Shown here: positions 13,731-23,834 of the stretch, piece after piece
Numbering within the stretch: the first letter of the stretch is position 1
Layout of the letters: every line of letters begins with the position of its first letter
Notes under the pieces: generated by a model
What the model was told of the DNA's origin: nothing
Database searches by the model: none
What the model saw: the letters and a program-made list of their open reading frames with translations, nothing else
Translations under genes and position numbers: made by a program
Source of the DNA: Octopus sinensis
Lineage: Eukaryota
Length of the DNA: 64,000 nucleotides
Direction: 5' to 3'
Assembly (NCBI RefSeq): GCF_006345805.1
Contig: NC_043004.1
Coordinates: 65,162,001-65,226,000 of the forward strand

Positions 13731-14222
13731 TATATATATATGCATATATATATATATATGTATTATATTGTATTCTGTCCATCATTAAGTTACAATGAAA
13801 TAAACGATGGTAAACATATTTACCCGTTATCCCCATTAATCGCCGCACACAAAGACAGATCGTTGTCCGAATGAAACCTGTTTACATAACTCGTGGCCTA
13901 CGTCAAGTAAGATTTCATGTTCTGCGTTACACACAATGTCTCAGTTTTGTGAGTCTCGAATAACAAAGCTTGCGGGGAAATTCTCGACATCAAAGCTTTC
14001 TACAACCACGAATACAAAATTCGGTCCTAGAACATGAGCAATATTAGTAAATAATCAGAACATACACCAAGAAAATATTCCTATTCCGTCTACGAAAAGC
14101 ACTGAAAATATCTAATTGGGTTTCGAGCAGTAGTTCAGAATCCGTTTTTTGTTATCATTGTATTCTGATGGGCCCTCAAAGCCATTTCATGTCTTAAAAA
14201 ATCCTATTAAACTTTTATGATT

Positions 14223-14389
14223 AGGCGCAGGCATGGCTGTATAAGACGCTTCGTTCCCAGCCACATTCAGTCCCATTGCCTGGTACATTGGGCAATGGAC
14301 TTCTACTGTAGCCTCGGGCCGACCAAAGCCTTGTGGGTGGATTTGATAGACGAAAACTGAAAGAAGCTTATCTTATAATACATACATGC

Positions 14390-14421
<32 letters not shown>

Positions 14422-15505
14422 CACCGTGATCATCGTGACCGACCAGGCTATCAGATGTTGCTAGACATCGCTGGTCACAATATGCTTCGCATTGTTTTAG
14501 CCTTCATATAACGATATCCCGCTGGCTAATCGAGCAAGCCAATATATATATATATATATGTATATGTATGTATGTATATATATGTATGTATATATGTGTG
14601 TTTGTGTGTGTGTATACAGTGTACGACCATTTCAGAATTTTGGGATATCAGTCTGAGGAGAGTCTAGAAGATTCGGAAAGAGTTAGATGAGTCCAATAGT
14701 GATTTCGAAGGTAGGGGAGCTCGGAAAACTCACACTGATCATTCTCATAACTCCTGAATTTGTCGGTGAGATTCAGGCCATGATTGACAATAATCCTTCC
14801 AAGTCAATGATGTCAATCACCAGGAAACGGGAGTCTCTGAATCTCCTATCAGGCAGGCAGTGCATGAAGGCATTCCGTATTATTCATACAAGTTGAGAAA
14901 GGGTCAATTTTTGTCTCAAACCATCAAAGACAATAGGAAAGACCGCGCAACGAAACTTTTGAAGAAACTCAAGCGTATCCTCCGCCGAACATGCTTTGCT
15001 TTTTTTTCTAAAGAGAAAAATTTCTGTCAGGATCTGATGGTGAACACACAGAACAACTGTTGGCTTGCCGTATCCCCAAAACATGCACCGAGAGTGATAA
15101 AAACCAAACATCCATTCAACGTTATGGTGTTTGGAGAGATCACTTGTGATGGCAACGTTATACATCCATCCATCTTTCCACACGGCCTCAGACTCCACAC
15201 GGAGGCCTACATCAAGTATCTGGAGGAGATACATATATGTATTTATATATGTATGTATGTACATATATATGTATATATTTATGTGTGTCTTTGTGTCTCC
15301 GCTTGTTCCCCCAGCATCGCTTGACAACCGATATTGGTGTGTTTAGTTTACGTCTCGTAACTTAGCGGTTCGGCAAAAGAAACCGATCGAGTAGGTACTT
15401 GGTTTACAAAGAGTAATTCCTGGGGTCGATTTCTTCGACTAGAGAACCACTTAAGGCGATGCTCCAACATGGCCGCAGTCAAATGCATGGAAAAACTAAA
15501 AGAAT
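14223..15505 (+). mobile_element. SINE group B split by insertions into its internal microsatellite
   Basis: The 5' half at 14223-14375 and the 3' half at about 15290-15505 match the two halves of intact copies (42003, 43485, 55830). Confidence 0.65.
14617..15228 (+). mobile_element. Tc1/mariner transposase fragment, DD37D (maT)-like
   Basis: KIRKELDESNSDFEG...TPEFVGEIQAMIDNNPSKSM...YSYKLRKGQFLSQTIKDNR...KTKHPFNVMVFGEITCDG...FPHGLRLHTEAYIKYLEE, with frameshifts. Confidence 0.8.
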
Positions 15506-15714
15506 AATATAATATTTTAAGGAATTGTATATATATATTTTTAAATATTTGGTTTATTGTAGAAGTAAAACTAATTTATTGCACATTAACTTCTAAATGG
15601 ATCCCTAAGGATCCCAAATGGTTATAAGGACCCCGATTAAAATCTACTGGGTTAGTGCGATAATATGTGGCATATGCTTTCGTCCTAGGCTAAAAAAAAT
15701 CTTCAAAAAAACCT

Positions 15715-15862
15715 TCCAGTACGCAACTGGGACTTAATTTTATCAACACCGAAAGGATGAAAGGCAAGGTTGACCCCAGTGGAATTTGAACTCAGAACGT
15801 AAAGACGGACGAAGTGCCGCCAAACATTTTCCCCGGCATGTTAACGATTGTACCAGCTCACC
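15715..15862 (-). mobile_element. SINE group A (partial)
   Basis: Reverse complement of the group A head and core. Confidence 0.7.
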
Positions 15863-15984
15863 ATGAAGCCGTGGCTTTCATGGTTTCTCATCTTAAACGA
15901 GCAAAGTATCAACTCGTGCATATTTTGTCATCATGGAAAAGAATGGCTACAGCAAATAGTGTGCTCAATAACACAGGTTTGCTT

Positions 15985-16403
15985 ACTCTTTTGCTCTTTT
16001 ACTTGTTTCAGTCAATTGAGTGCAGCCATGCTGGAGCACCGCCTTTAGTCGAGCAAATCGATCCCACAACTTATTCTTTGTAAGCCTAGTATTTATTCTA
16101 TCGGTCTCTTTTGCCGAACCGCTAAGTTACGGGGGACGTAAACACCCCAGCATCGGTTGTCAAGCGATGTTGGGGGTACAAACATATACACTCACATACA
16201 TGCATTTATATATATATATACATACATATACATACTTATATACATATATACGTCGGGCTTCTTTCAGTTTCCGTCTCCCAAATCCACTCAAGGGTTTTGT
16301 CGGCCCGAGGCTATAGTAGAAGACACCCAAGGTGCCACGCATTGAGGGTGAACCAGGAACCATTTGGTTCGTAAGCAAGCTACTTACTACGCAGCCAATT
16401 CTG
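15985..16403 (-). mobile_element. tRNA-derived SINE group B
   Basis: It shows a tRNA-like head, an internal (TA/TG) microsatellite and the tail GGCGGTGCTCCAGCATGGCTGCAC...GACTGAAACAAGTAAAAG. Confidence 0.85.
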
Positions 16404-16635
16404 TTAGCTACTTGAGTTTAATGAGCACAGAGCCGGTAATTTCAAGAGTGGAGACCTGGGTAATTCGATTACATCGCCCCACAGTACTTTTCTTATACAT
16501 ATTTTATGGACCCCTAGAACAATGAAAGGAAAAGTTAACTATAGCAGTATTTGAACTCAGAACGTAAAGAAATGGATGGAGTACCGTTAAGTGTTCGTCC
16601 GGCGCAGATTGCCGACATGTCGTTCTTCTGTCCAG

Positions 16636-16680
16636 GTCATTTCCCGACGAATCGCCGGCGGTCGGACCTCAGGCAAGCGC
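16636..16680 (+). CDS. Candidate small exon of an unidentified gene
   Basis: The acceptor is TTCTTCTGTCCAG|G and the sequence is GC-rich and non-repetitive. Possible donors are |GTATGT (16681) or |GCAAG (16673). All three frames are open and no homology was recognised. Confidence 0.25.
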
Positions 16681-16715
<35 letters not shown>

Positions 16716-16896
16716 TGTTTAGTATTTCGAAAGTCGAACCATTCACCATTCACCTTATGTGTGTGCACATATATGTGCGTTTGTGTGTGTATATGTGTGT
16801 GCGTGCGTGTATCGGAGTACATGTACGCGCGCGCCAGCGCGTCTGTGTGTACTCTTCCAGGACTCACCTCTTCCAGTTAGATCGTTACTCTTGCAG

Positions 16897-16978
16897 ATGG
16901 ATCTTTACCAATGTTCCACCGATGGATCAAGGTGGATGGGGCCGAGGCTTGGGCAGTGGGTCTGTTGCGAGAGAACAG
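16897..16978 (+). CDS. Candidate exon of an unidentified gene
   Basis: The acceptor is TACTCTTGCAG| (alternatives at 16860 and 16876) and the donor is CAG|GTGCGC. The sequence is GC-rich and unique. The frame MDLYQCSTDGSRWMGPRLGQWVCCERT joins in phase to 20141. Confidence 0.35.
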
Positions 16979-17614
16979 GTGCGCATAAGCGTTAACAATC
17001 ATGCCAGCTTGCCGCTTTAACAACAAAAATAACAACAAAGTAGCCTAATGATAATGGCAGTCAGTATATTCATAAGATTCAGCAACGGTTTACGTCTAAA
17101 ATTCGACAAAATGTCATTCCGTTCTGCATTCCTCAGTTATATTTGACCAATTATTAACTAAAGTATTATCATTTGATAATAGGAACACTTCTGTCTGTAT
17201 GTCATTTGCTCTGCTGACTATTACGGTACCCCAATACATGAAATAATAAATTACATCTGTATCTAAGCCATATCTATGGACGTATTTCTAAATTCGTGTT
17301 TCGCGTAATAATAGAGTTCGCTTTTCCAATATTTCCTTTTTCATAAAACCCAGATTTATATTGCCTTTATACAAGTAAATTATTATATAATGCACACAAT
17401 CAAAGACCTTTGTAAAACGAACAACGAAAAATATGCATGAGAGAAACTATTTCAAATGTAAAGCAAAACAGTAATTTTTTGTGATCGTTGATGAGAGAAA
17501 GTAAATTAGAAACTTGGAAAGTTTAACTTAAGTAGCAAAGCAGATAACCACGTGGTCAATCAGTGAACCAAACGTGACTAAATGAGAGAAGTTACAGTTA
17601 GGCTATCGGATATA

Positions 17615-17984
17615 TTCTTTTATTCTTTTATTCTTTTACTTGCTTCAGTTATTTGACTGCGGTCATGCTGGAGCACCGCCTTCAGTCGAACAAATCGACC
17701 CCAGGATTTATTCTTTGTAAGCCTAGTACTTATTCTATCGGTCTCTTTTGCCGAACCGCTAACTTACGGGGACGTAAACAAACCAGCATCGGTTGTCAAG
17801 CAATGGTGGTGGTTGGGGGGACAAACACATACACACAAACTCACGCGCACACATACACACATACACACACACATATATATATATAACGGGCTTCTTTCAG
17901 TTTCCGTCTACCAAATTCACTGACAAGGCTTTGGTTGGCCCCAGGCTATAGCAGAAGAATTTTGCAGTGGGACTGAACCCGGAA
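17615..17984 (-). mobile_element. SINE group B, 5'-truncated
   Basis: Homologous to the other group B copies. The tail at 17630-17680 is well preserved. Confidence 0.85.
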
Positions 17985-18053
17985 GTCTATGAAGCACCTA
18001 TTCAAAAAAGGGTGAATTAAGCTGCTTCTTTGTGGATTGAAAAGATAACGAAG

Positions 18054-18077
18054 GATCTAGCTACGGTGGTACGTATT

Positions 18078-18109
<32 letters not shown>

Positions 18110-18143
18110 CGGCCCCTACGTGAAGTGTCCTATATCTTTTTTT
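18054..18143 (+). pseudogene. U6: U6 snRNA pseudogene with a 21-nt internal deletion
   Basis: CTAAAATTGGAACGATACAGAGAAGATTAGCACGGCCCCTACG|TGAAGTGTCCTATATCTTTTTTT. The ACAGAGA box is at 18094-18100 and AGC at 18106-18108. The 5' stem-loop is degenerate. Confidence 0.92.
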
Positions 18144-18523
18144 GTGGAGGCGCAATGGCCCAGTGGTTAGGGCAGCGGATTCGCGGTCATAGGATCGCAG
18201 TTTCGATTCCCAGACCGGGCGATGTAAGTGTTTATTGAGCGAAAACATCTAAAGCTCCACGAGGCTCCGGCAGGGGATGGTGGCGAACCATGCTCTACTC
18301 TTTCACCACAACTTTCTCTCACTCTTACTTCCTGTTTCAGAGAGCCAACTTTGTTACACACTGTGTCATGCTGAATATCCCCGAGAACTACGTTAAGGGT
18401 ACACGTGTCTGTGGTGTGCTCAGCCGCTTGCACGTGAATTTCGCGAGCAGGCATTTTCCCTTGATCGGATGTACTGGAACCCTCTTCGTCGTAAGCGACT
18501 GAGTGCCAACAACAACAACAACA
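18144..18523 (+). mobile_element. Full-length tRNA-derived SINE, group C head with group D-type tail
   Basis: Box A-like TGGCCCAGTGG and box B-like GTTTCGATTCC are present. The 3' half is homologous to the tails of 1262-1562 and 58287-58608, and it ends in (CAA)n. Confidence 0.85.
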
Positions 18524-18538
18524 ATATACACACACACG

Positions 18539-18570
<32 letters not shown>

Positions 18571-18767
18571 ACTGTAAGTATATACAAGCCACACTCGGTG
18601 TATATACGATGTCTCGCTGCTTTCTGACTATTGAATTTGTCATATGGTTTCACCTCTGTATCCAACATTTTTCTAGTTTTCTTTGCCGGTTTCGTTGTGC
18701 AAATATATCAATACTCACGCGCAAACCATTCTCATATGTATTTTCATTTGCACACCGACTGAAACAT

Positions 18768-18820
<53 letters not shown>

Positions 18821-18870
18821 TAACGGTGGTGCATCAGCATGGCCGCAGCTCTGAGCTGAAACAAGAAATA
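18821..18870 (+). mobile_element. 3' tip of the CR1-group LINE family seen at 21111-23834
   Basis: ACGGTGGTGCATCAGCATGGCCGCAGCTCTGAGCTGAAACAAG is nearly identical to 23781-23824. It lies inside (TA)n. Confidence 0.75.
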
Positions 18871-18883
18871 TATATATATATAT

Positions 18884-18917
<34 letters not shown>

Positions 18918-18968
18918 ATATATTATATATATATATACATAAATACACACACAGTCCCACGCACGGAT

Positions 18969-19023
<55 letters not shown>

Positions 19024-19241
19024 CATACATATATATATATAAATTTAGATAGGTAGGTAAATAGATACACACGCGCATGTTTCCTTCCTTTTTGCCTTAA
19101 ATATCTGAATTTATTATGCATACATACCCACATACATACATACATATATATATACATACATACATACATTATACATACATAAAATTCACCCACCCATCCA
19201 AACACACGCAAACACACATATATATTCATACATGCATATAT

Positions 19242-19289
<48 letters not shown>

Positions 19290-20140
19290 CACAAACATTG
19301 CGTTTCTTTCACTTTTCTCCTTGTTTTTTACTGGTGTCCATTCTCTCTCTCTCTCTCTTTCTCTCTCTCATTAATTAAAAAAGTAAATAGATGTCAAGCA
19401 AAACAAAGCAAGTAAACCAAAAATAACAACATATCAAAAATAAAAAAAAGTAAAACGGAAAATTAATTCAGAAATTAAGATGAAAAAAAAAACAAACATC
19501 ATCATAATCAACAATATGAAGAAAACGATAAACCCCCAACCCCCAACCCACACCTCCACCTAAAAACCACACAAAGAAAAATTAAGAAAAAAGAAAAAAA
19601 ATGAAAATAATAGCAAAGAAAAAAATGTTTATTAAAAGTGATTAATCAACGCAAAATTATTGGACGGTTTGGAACTTCTTTGAGGTCATCTCCGAGTAAT
19701 TAGTCGTTATGGCTTACGTCACGTTTCCATTAGTGACTGAGATGAAAGAAGACCAGAGGGCTAGGCATTGTGTGTGTGTTGACTCAATAAATACGATATC
19801 ATGAAAGACCAGGCTAAGTAGGTCACCAAATGTCAATCTCTTGATTATTCTCAAACTACAATATAGGTTCATTTCTGTCTTTTCTTTGTTTATTTTTTTG
19901 GTATGGTAGGTCAAATTCGGATTGCTTTTTACTTATTTTATTTCTTGGTATTTTTCTTCGCCTTGATTTCTCATTTCATTTACTAAAACTAACCAGTTAT
20001 TTTCGGAAAGATTGTGGACATTGTGGTTATTCTTCCTATGTAGTTGTTCGACGTGATAGAAACAGTAGCTATTTGTCACTTCAAAGAATACGTTATGAAC
20101 TTTAAATAAAGATAACACCATTACATATTTTTTATTGCAG

Positions 20141-20234
20141 TCCTGGAGGCATATTGCTTGTCTGACAATGGAAAATCATGGCGGTCTCGATGGATTGTAG
20201 TTCTCTCTGGTCGATCGATACGGATTGACTACAG
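20141..20234 (+). CDS. Candidate exon of an unidentified gene
   Basis: It has a strong acceptor, TTTTTTATTGCAG|, and the donor CAG|GTTAGA. Only one frame is open: (V)LEAYCLSDNGKSWRSRWIVVLSGRSIRIDY(R/S). Confidence 0.4.
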
Positions 20235-20239
20235 GTTAG

Positions 20240-20685
20240 ATAACACCAACACTAATGCCACCAACGGTACTAACACCAATTCTACCACAAGCAATACCAT
20301 CACCAGCACCAGCACCCGCACCAGCACCACCAGCAGCAGTACCACCACCCGCACCAGCACCACCAGCAGCAGTACCACCACCACCTTTTATGCCATCATA
20401 ACCAGCACTACCAGCAATGCAACTAGCACCAGCACCACCACAACAACCACTACCACCATCCCAACCACCACAACCACCACCATCACCACCACCACCACCA
20501 CCACCACCACCACCACAACCACCATCAGCAGCAGCACCACCACCACCACCACCACCATTACCAGCACAACCAGCATCATCACCACCACCACCAGCAGCAG
20601 CACCACCACCAATTATACCACCATAACTAGCCCGACCAGCAATGTAACCAGCACCCCTACCACCATCCCAACCACCACCACCACG
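20240..20685. repeat. (ACC)n-rich low-complexity tract
   Basis: Direct reading. Confidence 0.9.
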
Positions 20686-20689
20686 CCGA

Positions 20690-20862
20690 AAAGAAATGCA
20701 GCATTTCGTCCATCTTTCAGATTTGCGTTCAAATTCCACCGAAGTCGACTTTACCTTTTTCTCTTCAGGCTCGATAAAATAAGTACCAGACGAACACTGG
20801 TGTTGATCTAATCGACTTACCACTTACCCGAAAATTGCTGGTCACGCACCAAACTTTGAACT

Positions 20863-20937
<75 letters not shown>
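20690..20937 (+). mobile_element. Headless SINE group A unit with a (TTA)n tail
   Basis: The core CAAATTCCACCGAAGTCGACTTTACC...GATCTAATCGAC is followed by (TTA)n at 20865-20937. Confidence 0.7.
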
Positions 20938-20938
<1 letters not shown>

Positions 20939-21110
20939 TATGTTTGACTTTTGCTTTATATTTGTACAAATTGGCTCCAAGTCTCACCCAGAGACCTCAA
21001 GAGACAACAGGTTGGAAGTTCATGTTGTTGTTATGCTTAGTGTGCCATATAACCGAAAATTATGTTTGTTTTAAACCTTGAGATTACGTAGAAAGTATTT
21101 TGCATAGGAT
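20938..21110 (-). mobile_element. R4/Dong element 1: last codons and 3' UTR
   Basis: The minus strand reads ILCKILST* (stop at 21084-21086), completing the ORF broken at 23835 (QKIVLMET...). The 3' end abuts (TAA)n. Confidence 0.8.
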
Positions 21111-23834
21111 AGGAACAGTTCATATAGTCATATGCAATACATATTGCCCACCAGATGCCCCAAATCACACAGGCAAGTTTGAAGATTGCCTCACAAGAAT
21201 TAAAGAAATCCTCATGAATCTGGAACACCACGTGACCATATTTCTTATGGGTGATTTCAACTTCCCCAAAGTCAAATGGTCCGAAGATCACATACTCTCA
21301 GGAATGAATCATTGCAAGCAAGTACAGGTGGAACCCTGCTCACCCTCACCAATGCCTTATTCATGGAGCAAGTTGTACTCAAGCCAACTAGGGTGAATAA
21401 CATTCTGGATCTCTGCTTCACGAACAATATGGACATCATTCATGATGTGATAGTGACACCGACATCAGTTTCGGATCACAACATAATAGAGCTGTCTAGG
21501 TTTGGGCCAAAAGTAACCAGAGACATACAGCCTAAAGGAAGCACCCGAAATCTCTCCAATCTGAACTTCCACAAAGCAGATTGGAAATCGATCCAAAAAG
21601 AGATCCCCTGAGAGGACTGGCCGGAATGTCTCTCCACACCAGACACTGACATGAAACTAGAATGTTTCATGTCTTCTGTGCAAGCCGTATGCAAGAAATA
21701 TGTCCCAGAGCACAAGGCCAAAACAAATAGGAGCAAGATTCCAAGAGACAGGAAGATCCTCATGAGACGACGGACGAAGGTTGCAAATCGTCTCAACCAA
21801 CATCCCAAAAGTAGCGAAACGTCCGCCTAAAAACAACACTGATGGAGATCGAAGAAAGGCTGCAACAATCCTATGTGAAGGAGAAAGCAGACAAAGAAGC
21901 CTGGGTTATAAAAAACATTAAATCAAACCCAAAGGCCTTCTTTCATTACGCGAAAGAAACAGTCTCAGTGCATTACAAGATAGGACCCCTCCTCCAAAAG
22001 GATAGCTCCCTCACAGACAGTCCAACTAAGATCAGTGAGATGCTGAATGACCAGTTCAAAAGTGTCTTCACCACCCCGTTGGAACACAGACAAGTGAACG
22101 AACCAGTGGACTTCTTTGCCGCCTCACCTATAACCAGCGAGGCAGTTACATTAGAATGTATTGACATTAGCGAAAAAGATGTCCTACTAGCCATAGATGA
22201 AGTGGACACAAACTCAGCTGCTGGTCCAGATGGTTTCCCAGCCATCCTCCTCAAAGCGTGTAAGCATGCCCTGGCAAAACCCCTCAAGATTCTCTTCCAG
22301 AGCTTTCTTGCAAATGGCAAACTGCCAAGCAAGCTGAAGGAGGGAATAATATGCCCAATACATAAAGGGGGAAGTAGAGCAGATGCCAAAAGCCATAGGC
22401 CTATCTCTCTGGCTTCACACATCAGCAAAGTCATGGAATGGATAGTCAGAAAGAAACTAATCGCATTTCTTGAGGAAAATAACTTGCTGAGTGATACCCA
22501 GCATGGTTTTGACCAGGCAGGAGCTGCCTGACCCAGCTCTTACAACATTATGACTGGGTGTTGAGGCAGTTACTCAACAAATCAAATGTGGACGTAATCT
22601 ACCTTGATTTTGCAAAAGCTTTTGACAAGGTAGATCATGCCACAAACTACGTGACCTCGGTATAGCTGGAAAACATAGCTGGAGTGTGTTTACATGACTT
22701 CCTGAAAGATAGGAGTCAGGCAGTAGTAGTTAATGGATCCACCTCTATGAACACACAAATAGTGAGCGGTGTTCCACAGGGCACTGTCTTGGGACCACTG
22801 CTTTTTATAGTGGCCCTCTCAGATATGCCCTCAAATGCCCGGATAGCCACTCTGGCCAGCTATGCAGACGATACGAATGTCTCACAGAAAATACAGGATC
22901 CCAGCGATGTTGCACGCCTGCAGCAGGAGTTGGACTCAATCTACAGATGGGCTGAGGATAATAATATGCAGTTTAATGCTGAAAAATTCCAGGCCCTGCG
23001 CTACCAGCATCCGAAACTGAATATTAAACTTACAGGATACACCGGTCCACAGGGAATTTCAATCCCAGAGCCTAAGTCTGTGAGGGACCTGGGTATCAAC
23101 ATGAGTGATGATACCTTTTTCCAAGTGCACATTACCAGGATGGCGACAAAGTGCAGACGACTGGCTGGGTGGATCCTAAGAACATTCAGAACCAGAGATA
23201 AGGAAACCATGATGGTCCTCTGGCGGACATTCGTCCTCAGCCACCTGGATTACTGCTCACAGCTATGGTCACCCACCAGTGTAAAGTTAACAGCGGACCT
23301 TGAAGCAATCCAGAGCAGATTCACAAAAAAAGATCGTCTCTTAGCAACAGCTCAGCTACTGGGAAAGGTTGAAACAGCTAAGATTCTACTCCCTGGAGAG
23401 AAGACGGGAGAGGTATGCAGTAATATATGTCTGGAAGATCCTGGAAGGAATTGTTCCAAATTTTGGCATTGTAAGCTACACCAATGCTAGAATAGGACGA
23501 CACTGCATAGTGCCAAAGATCCCAGCAATGCCATCACGCTTCAGGACCAGCTTCTGCAACAGCCTGGGTTTCAAGGTCACACAGCTTTTTAATATTCTCC
23601 CAAAGAGTCTGAGGAACTTGCAGCGATTTTTAAATCAAAGCTGGACATCTGCCTGTCGAGAGTCTCAGATGAACCTACTTCACGGCAAGAGGTGCAAATG
23701 AGAGTAGCTATATCAAACTCCATTCTTCACCAAGTGCCACATGTTAGAGGAGGTTTTTTGCAATAACAGTGTAGCACAAAACGGCGGTGCATCAGCATGG
23801 CCGCAGCTCTGAGCTGAAACTAGAGAAAAATAAA
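21111..23834 (+). mobile_element. 5'-truncated CR1-group (CR1/L2/Crack/Daphne-like) LINE, APE-RT ORF disrupted
   Basis: APE motifs (MGDFNFP, NILDLCFTN, SDHNIIE), RT motifs (AAGPDGFP, RPISLASHISK, GVPQGTVLGPLLF, YADDT) and C-terminal YSLERRRERY are present. There are several frameshifts and an A-rich end. Confidence 0.93.

Noticed and set aside
16897-16941. MDLYQCSTDGSRWMG resembling a reflectin motif
   Set aside because: It is a single short match with no repeats and no Met/Tyr/Arg-rich context, so probably chance.
16862-16961. Perfect minus-strand donor GAG|GTGAGT at 16867
   Set aside because: Upstream minus-strand frames are all closed unless a weak acceptor and a 35-nt exon are assumed.
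19780-20100. T-rich stretch suggesting a mitochondrial insert (NUMT) or membrane-protein exon
   Set aside because: The frames checked contain TAA/TAG stops even under the invertebrate mitochondrial code, and no mitochondrial gene motif was recognised.
20158-20811. 217-aa Thr-rich ORF
   Set aside because: Beyond the candidate donor at 20234 it is (ACC)n repeat followed by a SINE.
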